Assembly: GCA_963749495.1 (NCBI GenBank)
Contig: CAVVMW010000023.1
Coordinates: forward strand, 704,001 to 768,000
Reading direction: 5' to 3'
Source of the DNA: an uncultured bacterium
GTDB lineage: Bacteria > Verrucomicrobiota > Verrucomicrobiia > Limisphaerales > UBA8199
DNA: 64,000 nucleotides
This document shows, piece by piece, positions 11,301 through 25,436 of the stretch. The first letter of the stretch is position 1, and each line of letters begins with the position of its first letter. The notes under the pieces are model-generated. The model saw only the letters and a program-made list of their open reading frames with translations. It searched no databases and was not told the DNA's origin. The position numbers and the translations under genes were made by a program.

Positions 11301-14300
11301 CCGGCAGCGCCCTGGGCTCGCTCAGCAGGGTGCTCATGGCCGATAAACCCACGGAGTTTACAGCCGCGGCAGGGACGGAATACAGCATCTCCATCAACAG
11401 CGGGGTCACGCCGGGATTGGGCGGTGAGTTCCAGGCCCGGATTGAGTTCTGGCCGACGCCGCTGAACGACCTGTACACCAACGCGATTGCGGTTGAATCT
11501 GACCAGCCATACAGGGCCTACACCCACGCGGCGGGGAGCGAACCGGGAGAGCCAGCCGGCCACAGCGTGTGGTGGAAGTTCTCGACTCTCATGGCCGGGA
11601 CGCTGGAGATTCCCCTGGACAATCCGGCCGTCTCGGCCTCGCTTTGGACTGGGGATTCCACGACCAACATGACGGCCATACCGCCGCAGTATTATACAAG
11701 CGAGGACTGGCATTGGCCGGTCCTCACCACCAACAATTACTTCTTCGTCCTGCCCGGCAGCGGGACATGCCGCATCCGCCTGGATGGGAACGAGCAGATC
11801 GTCGGGTTCACGCCAAGGTTTCACCCGGCGCCGCCGCACGATGATTTCCCAAACACGCTGACTTTCAACCAGGGCGAGAGCGAGCAGCAGGACAACTATC
11901 TCATCTCAACTTACCGGGTTTTCTCCGGTTCGCTCGGGGCCACGCTCCAGGACAGTGAACCGCCCGGAAATGAGGGTCCGGCCACCGTCTGGTACCAATG
12001 GACCGCGCCCGACGGCGGTGACCTGGACATCTTCCTTTACCAGACCTATCCGAACGGCTGGGAGACGGCCACAAAGCCGTTCGACGCCATCACGGTGCAG
12101 GCGTTCACAGGGAACAATTTCAGCGACCTGGCAGAACTGCCGCATCGCGACAACGCGAACTCGTCGTCCTCCTTCACCCTGATGCCGAATTTCGACACGC
12201 AGGATCCGGCCACCAACGGGGTGTTTGCGGGCGCACCGCTGGCCGCCACCTACACCGCGACGTTCACAGGCAACGTGGCTTACACCCCCTACCGAGAGGC
12301 TTGGTGCCGATGGGAGGCTGCCTTCAACGGCACGGCGCTCATCAACAAGGACTTCAACAACAACGGCACATGGAACGGCTTCAACCTCGAGGTGTTCACA
12401 GGGGACCGCTACGAGACGCTCCTCTCCGAGCCGAGCAGCACGTGGTACGGGGACGCCGCCAGCGCGCAACAGGCCACGTTCAGGGCCAAGGCGGGCCAGG
12501 TGTACACGTTCCACATCTATTACGGCAGCCGCCCGGCCACGAATGTGAACTACTCGTTCACGGTGCAGCCGATGGCCAGGCAGCAGACCTCCGTCTCCAA
12601 GGGCCAGCTCGTCTTTTTCAGAGTCTCGGGAATCGGCTCACCTCACGAGGTCGAGATTGACCTGACTTCGCGCGCGCAAAACGACAATTTTGCCGACGCG
12701 ATGGTCATCCCGCTGGCGCCGGCCATCTACGAGAATGGCACCAAGGCCAACGGCAGCGCCAAGGGCAGCCTCATCGGGAGCACGGCGGAGAGCTTCGAAA
12801 CCAACGGCGCGCATTCGGTCTGGTATAAAATAGCTGCGCCCCTCACCGGCCGCGGCAACGCCAGCCTGGCCGGCAATTATTCCACCTTCGTCGATGTTTA
12901 CGGTGGCAACGACCCGACGAACCTCGTCGCGCTCGACCCGGCTAATTTCCCCGTCCTGAGCGGCGTGACTTACTATCTCCGGGTCTGGGACATGAGCATC
13001 CAGAACTTCACGCTCAACGTGACGTTGGCCGAGTTGCCCTACAACGACATGCTGACCAACGCCCTGCCGCTGCAACGGCCGTCGTTCAAGGCGTACAACG
13101 ATTACGCCACCGTTGAATCGGGCGAGCCGATCAAGCAACAGAGCATTGGCCAGTCCGTCTGGTGGTCGTACAACCCCAGCCTGCCCGGCACCCTGGTGGT
13201 CAACTCGCCGCAGAAAACGGCCTACCTGTGGCAGGGCACCAACCTGACACAGTTGGCGGAAATGGGAAACAATACCAACGGCAGCCCGATCATCCAGCCA
13301 TTGGCGCCGGGGACGGATTATCGCATCTCGTTCGACACCAAGCCGGGCGTGCTCGCCGGGGATTTCGACGCGCTCGCGTCGTATTACGTGCTCCCGCCCA
13401 ACGACGATTTCGTCAACGCCACGCCCATCGTCAATCGCCAAAACGTGAGCTTCGTCAACGGCACCATGTACGCTTACACAATTCACGGCTATAATTACGG
13501 CGCTACCGTCCAGCTCAATGAGCCGCCCATGCACCAGAACTCGGTCTGGTACACGTGGGCGGCCCCCACGAACATGCTCGTCTATGTGAGCTGCCAGCTG
13601 CCGGTTTACACCTATGTCGGGGACAATGTTGCCTTCCTGAACCCAATCAGCGAGGCGGGCTTCGCGGCGGCAGCCGGCCAGACCTACCACATCGCGGTTT
13701 GCGGCGGGCCGTCCGAGTTCGATCTCCTGCTGCTGGGCACAACGCTGCCGGCCAACGACGGCCTGGCCAACGCCATCGACCTCACCGCCAACAACACAGT
13801 GAACTGGTACAGCTACGGCGCAAGCCTGGACGCGGATGACCAGCCGCCGCCCACCAACGGTTACTCGGTCTGGTGGACTTGGACGGCCGGACCGACCACG
13901 ACCAACATGTTCGTCTATGCCGGACGGCTGTCCGGGTTGCCCGACGACAACGTCCAGAGCAATTATCACCCGAACGGGCAACCCTACGCCGAGGTGCGCA
14001 TCTACGACACCAATGCGAACCTCCTGGCGGACACCCCGATGGACTTCTTCCAGGGCAACGACGGCTGGAGCGCGCCCGGCCCTACCGTGCTGAGCGCGCC
14101 CGTGCAAACCAACGCAACCTACCGGATCGCCGTCCTGTCGCGGAATCCGGAGCGGGGCAGGTTATCGGTTGCGGGCCAGCAAATATCCTCGGGCTATCCG
14201 CTGGGGTCCCAGGAGAACCCGGACACGCCGAGATGGGGCAAACGCAGCATCCAGGTTCGGGCGGATTGTGTACGATTACGTCAACGGCCAGATTTACGAT

Positions 14301-17300
14301 TCCAGCCTCTCGGCCTATGCCGGGACGCCCGATCCTTACTGGTACTTTGCCTTGTTTCCGATTTTTTCCATCCAAGGCGCCATTGACCCCGTTCGGGTTT
14401 CTTACTTCCGACTCGACCAACATAATCTTCCGGTTCGGAGGCGTGGATACCGATTACACGCCCTGCATGCCGGTGACCGGCCTCATCAAGACCTCAGACA
14501 CTTTCCGCGTGCCGCATGACGGCCTCACCTTCTATCACAAGCTGAGCGATTACCATCCGCCCGTAAATGACACAAAACAGACCGCTCTGCCCATCCAGCC
14601 TTCGTCCGATCTTTTCGGCGGCATCCTGAGCCTGGGAACGGCTTTCGCCAGCTACAATTATTTGGCCCAGACCGAGGACGACGGCCTGCAGAACAGCGTC
14701 TGGTATTCATTCTACATACCGGTCCCCGGAACCTTCTATCTGAACAACACCTTGTCCCAGCCGCTGGTGATAATCCCCGTGAACATCACGGACACGAACC
14801 AGCTCGCGGACGCGGTTGGGATTTACGATTACCACACCAACGCCCTGCCGGCCTCGCCGGTGTCCTACAACACAGTGATGACCGAGCCGGTCATCAACTT
14901 TCGGGGCATGACGCCCGTCAGCGCGGCCAACCTTCAATACGAAGAGGATCTCCAGTGGATAGCCCCCTTCACCGGGCTGGCCTGCATCACCGTCAACCAA
15001 GCCCAGGTCAGCATCAGCGCGCCCTACACGGTAATCGCCGGTTCACCGAACTCCGAGTCCATCTCGTTCATGGCGAAGGCAGGCACTACCCACACGATCA
15101 AGATCACTGCAAACTACGCCCTTGGCGGGACCTCCCTGCAACTGAAGCCCGCCATCCCCACGGCGGTGCCCAATGCGCCGCTTGGCCAAGCGATCACGGT
15201 CGGCCCCGCCAACAGCACTGCAGGGACGAGGGCCGTGCGCATGGACCCGGGCTGGTATTACCTGGTGCAGACCGGTCTGAATTCCGACGGGATCATCGCG
15301 TTCAGCTTCTACCAGGACGCCGCCAACAATTCCTTTGACCACGCCATCGCGGTCGGCAACTGGACGACGACGCTTTTCGGGAACGGCCGCATGCTCTCCG
15401 CTCAATACAACGTCAAACTCGGCTCGTCTTATGCCAGCGGGAACGATCCCGGAGCAGGCAAACTGGCCGGCTGGTATCAATTCGTCAGCCCAAGCGCCGG
15501 GCTGCTCAACGCGTCGTGCCGCGACGGCACGTTCGACATGGCAACGCTCTACACCGGGCCGGACGCCGATCACCTCACGCAACTGGCGACGGGCCAATCC
15601 TTCCAATACGCGGTGGCGGCGGGCGTGCAGTATTACATCGAAGAAACATCCACCGGCCCGGCCAGGGGCACCAGGATTCTCAGCATCACGGAGCGGCCCT
15701 GGAACGACGATTTCCAGGCGGCGATCACCCTTTTCACCAACAACCCCGCGATCACAAACGTCGCCGGAACCAATTTTTACCTGTACGAGTTTACCGCGCC
15801 GCCGGGGTTCTGGCCCACGATCCAGGACACCAACGGCAACGCCTATTTCCTGAGAAACTGGTACCGGGTCGAGGCGCAGGACTTGGCAGATATCTCGGGT
15901 CTACGGATGGAACACGACGCTCGACGCCGAGGTGACAACGCCGGGGAATCACGCCTACGCCGACATCAACATGAACGCGCCGATCACGCTGAGCGGCAGC
16001 AACGCCTACAACTCGACTGTTTACGTGAGGCCGGAGGCGCGCGCGCAGGTGTTCCCCGCCGTCTGGGGCCCGAACGCGTTCTCGATCAACGTGCCTTGGA
16101 CCTGGAACTACACGGCCAACCAACTCATCGCCAATGTCGTGTCCAACGGGCCATCTGTTTACGATATTGCGTACAGCTCCATCAACGACCCGCGTTACCA
16201 GGGCCTCTTCGATCTGTCCGTGTTTTCGATAGGCAACAATCTCAGCTATCTCTACGCCGTTCCGGGAAACGTGGCGGTGAAGCTGGGCGACCAGGAGGTG
16301 AGGATGAAGTACGTTTTCGTCCTGCGGCAACCCACGGGCGTCAAGCTGACGCCGGTATTCCCGGTGGGCGCACAGTTCGCGGCCGACCCGGCGGAGGTGA
16401 AATCCCGGAAGATCCAAATGCAGGCGCGGGAATACACCATGCTCTCCACGCTTGAGGGCGGCGAGCCCAACAAACCCGGCTCGGGCGGCGGGTCGATCTG
16501 GTGGAACATGACGGCGCCATTTGCGGGCTTTCTGCGCCTTCACCTGGACCCGGTCTACGACGGCTGGAGTTGGTCGGCAATACCGCTGGTCTACGTGTGG
16601 TCAGGGGACACCCTGTCCACGCTGACCCCGCTTGGCAGCAACTACGTTTCGGCGAGTTCGCTCAACAATGAGCTGATCATCGCGGTGGAGACGGGACAGC
16701 AACTCTGGATCAGCGCCGACCGCCAAGGCGCCGGCAGCATCTTCACCCTCACGGCAACCATGGAGCCACTGCCGATCAACACCGATCCGGACCATGCGAC
16801 TTCGCTGGTCGGAAGACATTTCGCTTTCGAGAATGGCGACGACTGGGTCTACACCAGCACATTTACGATCTATCCGCTTTCCGCCCTCTACACCAACAAC
16901 GACCTTTGGTTCAAGCTCACCGCGCCGGCGGACGCACGGTTAAGCGCTGACACCAACGGGTCTCTGCTGACCTTGTTCAACGCGCTCAAGCAGGACCTGC
17001 ACATCGAACCGCCAAGCCAGAGCTACATCGGCAGCCTGACGCTCTTCCTGGCCACGGACGACCCTGCCGCCATCTACTACACCGTGGACGGCTCAAGCCC
17101 GACCACAAATTCCACGCCCTACACCGGGCCGTTCACCATCACGAATTCCGTGACGGTCAACGCCATGGCCTGGCGCGCCAACCGGTCAAGTGTCTATGAC
17201 ACGGAAAGCTACGTGCATTTCAACGGGATCGCCGCCACGCCCAGCACCGGGAGCCTGACCAACAATAACGGGCCGCTCCAACTGACGCTCCGGAACCAGG

Positions 17301-18898
17301 ACGGGGATGGGAGCATCCTCTACCGCTTATCGGGAGGGGACTGGCAGGCCTACACCGGCGGTCTCTCTCTTGACGGGATGCCCAACGGAGAAGGCTACCT
17401 TTACTACACGACGGTTCGGAACGGGGTGACCAACCCGATCCAGAGCGCCTTTATCAGCTTCAAGGCAACCGCGCCGACCGTCTCGCCACCCGGGGGAATC
17501 ATTTCCGATCAAGTCAGCGTCAGCGCGACACCATCGCGCAACGGGGACACGGTTTGGTACGCCATCGGCGACATCCTCGGAGGCGAAGCGGGCAGTCCGG
17601 ACACGCTCTACACCAACAACATCATCGTGCCGTTTGGGAGCCGAGACCTCAAGTTCACCGAGAGGCGAGACGGCTACCTCGACAGCGACATCATCGATGT
17701 GCGCTACACCGTGCCGCTGCTCACTCCCCGCGCAACCGGCTTGGTCACCAACGGCCTGCAGGTCATCCATGTCGATCCCGCCATCCGCGCCGGCACCGTG
17801 CTGATGGTGCAACCCGACGGCACTACAGCCTCGGAATGGGCCGCCCAGCCATTCGATTTTCAGATCAACGAACTGGGCAGCTACCAGATTTATCAGACCA
17901 ATGCGGGCTGGCTGCCGTCTGGCACCAACATCGTCGTCTGCACACAAGCGTGGGTAAACATCAGCTACGCGTTTCCTAATGGGCTGACGTTCCCCCAATT
18001 CGGTCCCTATGCGCCGGTGACTGGCTACGATCCCACTCCGAAACTCACGGTGACCAAATGGCCGGCCAGCGCGAGCGTTTTCTACACTCTCGATGGCACC
18101 ACCCCCTCAGCGGCGAACGGGACTGCGTACGCCACGCCGTTCACGCTGCCAGGGACCAACGGGACCGATAACATCACGGCCGCCGGCTACATCAACGGCG
18201 GCCTGGTCCAGCAGACGAACCTTTATATTACTCACCTTCCGGCGCCGCAATTCCAACCGGCGACGTCCGGGGAACCCGCAAATCCGCTGCATCTGAGATT
18301 CGACGACGCGTTTCTGCCGGCAGGCGCCATCGTGGCGCTCAAGATGATCGCCCCGAACGGCCAGGTGTCCTACCAACTTGTCGACGACCCGAGCGCGGTG
18401 GCGATCGCCCGATCGGCGCTGGACCGGATCAACAACCTGAGCGCGACGCTGCTGCAGGGCGCAATCACCGGATCGCTCTCAGCCCAGCAGCAACAGGACG
18501 GGCAGACTTACCTCAACTGCTATCGGACCCAGGGCGCCTATACGACCAGAGCTGTCCCCGCCACGGCCTCCCTCACCGACACCAGGCTGGTTGAGTGGCT
18601 GGACGGGCAAAGCGTCCAGGCGGGGGTGTGGAGGCTCAGCCTGGTGACGATCCCATCGGCGAGTTGGGAGGGGTGGGTCTCCTTCTGTCCGATTCCCGAC
18701 TGGGGCTACGACCGCTATCAAGTGGCGCGCGATTTCGAGAGAGACACGGGCGCAGTCGGCTTCGCAAGTCAAAGCGATCCGAACGCGATCGTGGGGCTGG
18801 GCTATAGCATTTCGGCTTTCGGAGCTTATGGAGAATCGGCCTCCGTTTACGTCAACGTCAGCCCGAACGGCCCTTCCGGAACGATCGTCAACCCGTGA
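2313..18898 (+). CDS. Giant repeat-rich extracellular protein (about 5,500 aa, 5'-truncated by the IS; Fn3-associated/chitobiase-C-like Ig repeats), split by six single-base frameshifts
   Basis: ORFs 2190-4034, 3433-5082, 4554-10418, 10604-14386, 14169-14519, 13873-16455 and 15932-18898 join at about 3747, 4455, 10320, 14235, 14390 and 15895 into a continuous T/N/G/Y-rich sequence. Repeated motifs IYYTxDGSxPTTNSxxYTGP and NDxFxxA...E.GEP...SVWW/Y. Confidence 0.8.
5787..10741 (+). repeat. Five tandem ~325-aa (~980-bp) protein super-repeats, plus a partial unit upstream
   Basis: Units start at QLPAPSF (5787), PLPAPAF (6768), TLPTPRF (7746), KLPPPHF (8724) and QLPTPIL (9738). Each has the same order of motifs: INExGxY, NPKPLxIYYTxDG, WQxYTGPFxLDG, TNLYxGPI and KxGYxDS. 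Confidence 0.85.
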
Positions 18899-18917
18899 GC
18901 CGCCGGACAACAAAGGT

Positions 18918-21900
18918 ATGAATCGCAGGACTGAAAAGAGAAGCCCCTGGAAAACTGCACGCTTTTGCAGGCGCACACTCCTGGGACTTTGCCTGGCCGC
19001 CGCAGTGTCCGCGTCATTGGGGAGTCGCGCGGCATCCACTGGGGACACGCATCAATACTCCACGCCGTGGCCCGTGCCGGGCTGGTCGCTCACGTATATC
19101 CCCGTGACTGCCGACCCGATCACGGAGCGGCCGGTGATCCCCTACGTGGACCTCGTGAACCGGCTGGAATACCTCGTCCGGGCCAGAGGAAATCCCGGCA
19201 CCTACAACCTGCAGCTCGACTTGCGAACGCTTCCAAGGCACGACCAGTTTGAGGACGCGCTGGTCCTCACCAACTTCCCAACGCAGGCAATCGCGCAGTA
19301 CAACATTTACGGCACCAAACAGGCCGGCGAACCGGCCGTGATTTACCACGGCGCCACTCTTTGGTACATGCTGCTGGCCCCCAACGGGCGGATCACCGTC
19401 ACGGTCAACAGCAGCGGCTTCAACAAACCGATCTCACAGCCCTACATATCCGTGTGGCAGGGAACCAGCGTCTCCCAGTTGACGTTTGTGGCCGAAAACC
19501 GGGTGCCGCTGACCAACAGCGTGAACCCTTACAGTTTCCCCAACCAGTTCGCGTTCACCGTCAAGGCCGGCAACACCTACTACATCCGCCTCGACGCGGC
19601 CGACAGGGACGGCGAATACCAGGCAACCTGCCAATACCAGGGAGATGCGCCCAACGCCTTCGTGGGGAACGCCATAGCCCTTGAACTCGCACCCAAGCAA
19701 TATGACAATGGCGCGCGCTACACCGGCACGGTGCATGGCAACAATTACGGGTCTGGCACCGAACCCGGGGCGCCCCTCGATCTGCAAAACACGGTGTGGT
19801 ACAAATTCCAATCCCCGATCAGCGGCTATGTTGATGCCACGGCGTTCAACGGGACTAATCACCAAGCCTGCCTCTTCACCGGCCCGGCCGGGGCCCAGAC
19901 GCCGGCCATCCTGAGCCGCCAGACCATCCCCAGCTACGTCAACCAGGGCCAGTGGTGTTACCTGGCTGTCAGTGGCCCTTACCAGGGCGAATTCGACCTG
20001 CGCATGGCGGTGACCATGGCCCCCAGCAACGATTACAGAACCAACGCCATTGTTCTGAACCAATCCTATCAGTCGCTGATGTACGACTACTACGCGACGG
20101 CCAACGAACCCGAGGACTTTCCAGTCCCGGGCGTTCACAACTCAATCTGGTGGGAGATCGATCCGCCGTACGCGGGCACGTTCTCGCTCCGCAGCGTGGG
20201 CGGCCCGTCCGGCCAGGACTTCAATGAGCAACCGTGGCGGCTCGTTCTCCTTGACCCCGTCACGCACCGGCCGACCACGACGGTTCAACCGGTATCGCGC
20301 AGCCCAGGACTGGTGACCTGGAACGTCAGCTCAAACGCGAGCTACGACCTGTGGTTTGGCGCGCTTGACTCGCAGGTGGGCGAGGGCGTGCTCTCGTTCG
20401 AGATGTGGCCCAGCCCGACGAACGACATTTTCAGCAGTCCGATCGATATCACCTCCCACACCAACATTCCCTACAGCAACGGCACGGTAATCAAATACAG
20501 CCTGGACGGACACAACAACGGGGCCACTCAGACCGATGAGCCGGTCCAAAACGCTGTCTGGTACCGCTGGACCTCGCCGGGCTGCGGCCATTTGGATGCG
20601 GAGATATCCTCGGCCGTTCCGACGTTCCTTATCGGCCAGATCGGGAGCACGGTTTCCAGCTTCGCCACGATTCCCAACCCGAGCGTCGTCACGAACGGTG
20701 AGGTTGTGACCATGGCGGTGGGCGGGAACTACGACACGTACACGCTTTCCTGCGACTTCAGAACCACGCCGAGCAACGACGAGGTCACCAACGCGCTCCC
20801 CATCATTCTCGGCAATCTCTACACCTGTTACACCCGCTATGCCAATCTCAACCCGGATGACGGCGCCGGGGCGAGCGACATATGGTTCACGTACGATCCG
20901 ACGCAATTCGCCGGCCCAGTCGAAATCCGCGTCAACCCGGACCGGAATGGCAGGCCGGTCACCCTTTGCCTGACGCAGGGCGGCCAGGCGATCGGATCGC
21001 ACACGTTCAACAGCCGCGGCGAGGATCCCTACACGCTCGATATACAGACCAACGGGATTGTCACGATCCGGGCCGTGTGCCTCTATGCTGGCGAGGATTT
21101 TGGCCTGGTCATGACCTACCAGGCGATCAACGACAACTTCGCAGACCGGATGGCGCTGAGCCTGGAGCCGAGGTCGTGGGACGTGAATACTCCGATGGGT
21201 CCGGTGAGCATGGCCGATTATTACCGCCGCGTGGTGGTCAACAACCGGAACGCGACCATGGAATCGGGCGAGGTTGGGCCGAACACGCTGCAGCGGGCGC
21301 CGGTTTCCGGCAAATCCTTGTGGTGGCAGTTTACCACGCCGAACGTCCCCGGCACGCTGAGCATCAAGACCAGTCCAGGCGGGATACCACTCAGTTACAT
21401 GCTGACCACCAGGGGTTCCCTTCCCACGGCGCCGAAAGATTACGTCGCCTACAACCGCACGGAAGACAGCCAGGCGGTGATTCTCAACAGCGTCCCGAAC
21501 ACGGCCTACCAGCTTCGGGTGGACACCGAACTGGGGTACCAGGACCAGCTGGTGGACTTCTCCATCATGGTGATCCCGTTTCCGACGAACGATTTCATGC
21601 AGAGCCCGCAGGAGTTGCCGGTCCAGGCGACCACGACGACATCCACTTACAAGAACAGGTACACGCTCACTGAGAATTACTACCAAACGGCGGTGGCTTC
21701 ATCGATCTACGGCGGAACGAGGCAGGCGATCGGAAACACCCTGGACGGCCAAATCGTCGAGACGTTGGCAATCTTTGCCTGGTACAACACGGGGCTGGCG
21801 GACTTTCCCTACGGCCAGACCGTCTGGTACCATCTGAAGTCACCCGACCTTCGGAGTTACACCGTGTCCACGGCGGGAACCACCTTCGAGCCGTTCGTGG

Positions 21901-24900
21901 CGATCTCGGACGGGTTCCCAGCCCACACAGCCATGCGCTACCTGCCGGACGGCGCCCAGGTGATTCTCGACCCGGCGAAGGATTATTACCTGCTGGTTGA
22001 TGCGCTCACGCCGTACGCGCAATGGCTCAACGACTACGGGCGCGAACCCACCGTCGGCCCGGTGAACGCCGAGTACCAGGCCTTCGACCTCAACCGGGCG
22101 TGCCAGGATTCCATCGCCGGGGCGCTCAACCTCAAGCTATACACCGCCGAACAATCCCCGAACAACCTGTTCGACCTGGCCTCGACCATCACCCTGGCGC
22201 CCGCCTTCCTGCCGGGAACCAACGCCGCCTGCGGCAACTACATCAGCGGGTTTTACGGCTACGGCATCGGGGACAACTCGAGTGCCACAGCCGATCAAGC
22301 CCGTACGATCAGTTCCCGAACGGCGCGGGCAAAACCCTGTGGTGGAAGGTGCAGGCGCCAAGGAGCGACTTCTTGAGTTTCGACCTTTCCGACAGCTCGT
22401 GCCCAGTGGTCACACGCGTATTCGACGACAACACCCGATCGAACTGGGTGACTTACACCAGCCCAAAAGTCCAAATCCTGGCGCAGGCGGGCCACACGTA
22501 CTTCGTCGGGGTGGATTCGACCGCCGGCAACCAGGGCATTATCGTTGTGGCCGCGACGCAGCTTTCGGCCGCTCCAATCAACGACAACTTCGTCAACGCG
22601 CGCGAGATCACTTCCGCGATCACGTGCGGAACAATGGACCACGCCACCCTGGAGCAAGGGGAGAGCACCGAGGGCCAAGGAAGCGTCTGGTACCGGTGGC
22701 ATAATTACGCAAACACCCCCCAGGACGTCGCGTTCCGGCTGCTGGCCGGCAACTCCAAGCTGATGTCGCTCTACCGGGGGGATTTCAGTTCGGTGAGCAA
22801 TCTGATCCCGGTGCAGATCGATGCGACGAGCATCGCCTACACGGCTCAACCCGGAGAAACCATTGCGCTGCGCGTTTACGACCTCAGCTATCCGGTGAGC
22901 GGCCAGATCGAGATCACGATGCAGACGGGGACGAACTATTACCTCGGCATGCTCGACATCACGCCCTCCACGACCTTCACCAACAGCCTGCTGGTGCGCG
23001 CCCGCTCCACCTCGAGCGCGCAACCCACGTTCTTCTTCAGCACCAACGGGCCGCCGGGGCTGGGCTCGCCGATATTCCCGGGAACCATGATGATCACGAA
23101 CTCGACGCACATGGAATTCCTGGCCTTGTTCCCGGACGGCACCATGTACGGCGTTTCGCGCGACTACAGCCTCGTTCCCGACGTGCGGCTCACCGGCTCG
23201 CAGGCATTCAAAGGCCTTCTGCAAATCTCTCTTTCCAATGCGCCGGCCGGAACGACGGCGCTGTTCTCCAAAGGCGATGCCGACGGGAGCCCGCCCACCA
23301 TGGCGCCGTCCGTACCCTTTGCGGGCCTGATTTTGGACGCCTCGGCGGATGTGCAGGTGTTGGTGAATGCGCCCGGATACAACGCCTTCACGCTGGAGGG
23401 CCACTACACCAACACGGTTGCAGACATTGTCGTAACTCCGCTGGGCAGCGAACAACTGTTCTTGTCCACTCCAACCCCGCAGGCGACGCTCACGGTGGTT
23501 CAGGGAGGAAACAGCGTCACATATCCGGCGAACCAGGTCGCGATCACTGCGGATTACCCGGTGCTTGATGTCATCGGCGCGCGGCGGGGCTGGCAGCCCA
23601 CGAGCAACCATATCGACCTTTCCACAAACTACGCAACGAGCTTGCTGCCGCTGGATGTAGCGACCAACGCCGTGGCGGCCAACCGACTCAGCATTACCAT
23701 TACTAACCCCAATCCGGCCTCGTACATCTGGTACACCTTGATGACCCCGGATGGACAGACCACGACGGGCCGAGCCACCAACTCGTTCCTGCTGGACGCC
23801 GCTTACTCTTTTGCCCTGAGCGCTTTTCCGGCCAGCCCGGCCATGAGCAGCCGCGGTCCCTCAACAAACATCACCTTCACGGCCACGCTGCTCGAGCCCG
23901 CGATTCTCCAGAACCCGGACGGGACGGTGGTGGTGCAAGACCCCAACACCAACGCCCAGAGCAGTTTGGTCGTGAACGACGTGCCTCTCGGCACGAGTTA
24001 CTGGGCGATGCCGTATGATGGGGAAGGGACGATAACAGCCTACGCGACATCGCCCGTCGCGAACAACAGCGCCACCAACTCGCTGGCCGTGACCTACGCG
24101 CCATACGTGGCGGTGTCACCGCCAACCGCGACGTTTTACACCAACATAACCGTTCACGTCTCCAGCGCATTGGGCAGCCACTTGATCATCGGACTCGACC
24201 AGGAGGGAACTCACCAGGACCTCTATTGCGCTACCCGCCAGACCGACATCACGCTGGACAGGCCCACGACGCTGACCGTCAGCGCCGAACGCTACGGCGC
24301 GGTTCAAGCCAGTTCGACCAACGTTTTCTACGCCAAGGTGAGCGCCCCAAGCGCAGAACTGCCCCTGCCCCAAAACGGCGCCTACCCCATCCTGACGCCC
24401 ATCGTGCTGAGTTCGCCTACACCGGGCGCATCGTTCAAGTACGCCATCGACTCGAGCGCGTTCACCGCCAGCAGCGGCCTGGCCTATATGGAGGATGGTG
24501 CCCATTACTACCGCTTCGTTGCGACCAAGCCTTACTGGCAGGACAGCGACGAGGTGGACATGACGCTCACCGGCTACACCCCCGATGTGTCGCTTGCAAA
24601 CTATGTCTCTCCCTTTTGGACGATTCTGCCGGGGATCACCACGTATGTCTATGCGACCAACGCGGCCCTGGTGTCCACTCCGTTCGTGCAGTTCCTCCAT
24701 CAGGTCTGGCTCGAGGGCGGTTCTCCAAGCCCTTTCATCCCCTTGGATTCTCCGGTGACAAATCTGCTGGTATGGCACCGCGTGGTGAAGGTCGAGTCGA
24801 GCGATGGGGTGAACCCGATCAGCGTGGTTGAGGGCGCGCCGCAGGCGACATTCATCAGCGCGAACTACTTCGACTTCCGCGTCGATGACCCGGACCCCAG

Positions 24901-25435
24901 GCTGCAGGTCGGGCCCGGCGCTGGCGACATCCTGTTTTACAAGCCGGTGTGGCTGATCGGCTCCTCCAGCAACCTGGTATTGCAGGCGGTCGGCAACGCG
25001 GTCGCTTACGATTTGACACCCGTCCGACAGGGCGACCGCTGGCCCATTCCGGGCAACCTCACCGGCCAAGACCACCTGACGCTACGCTACCGCGATTCGC
25101 AGGGAGGGAATTGGCAGTCATTCGTGATGCGGTTCCAGACCCTGATGCCCGAGCAGTTTTGCGCACCGACCAACGGCGCCTGGGACATCATCGTGAAGCT
25201 CGATCCGGGTTACTCGGGCCATCCCGTGGGGGCTTACTATGACACCAACAGCGTGTCGCTGCCGATCACGGCTCCGCTGCCGAATCCGATCGCCATCTCG
25301 AACCTGCTGGGATCGTTCGAGTATAGCAGCCACGCAACCAACGACGCCTACTGGATCAACAGCAAGTACGACATCACCAACTGGAGCGGCATCCACTGGT
25401 ACCAGAACCTGCCCGTTGTCCCCCTTTCACAGTAA
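18918..25435 (+). CDS. Second giant exported repeat protein (about 2,170 aa), one frameshift near 22300
   Basis: Signal peptide MNRRTEK...CRRTLLGLCLAAAVSASLGSRAA. Many NDxF...VWY/WW repeats followed by Ig-like units similar to those of the first giant. ORFs 18828-22376 and 22022-25435 join at ADQ/PYDQFPNG. Confidence 0.8.
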
Positions 25436-25436
25436 T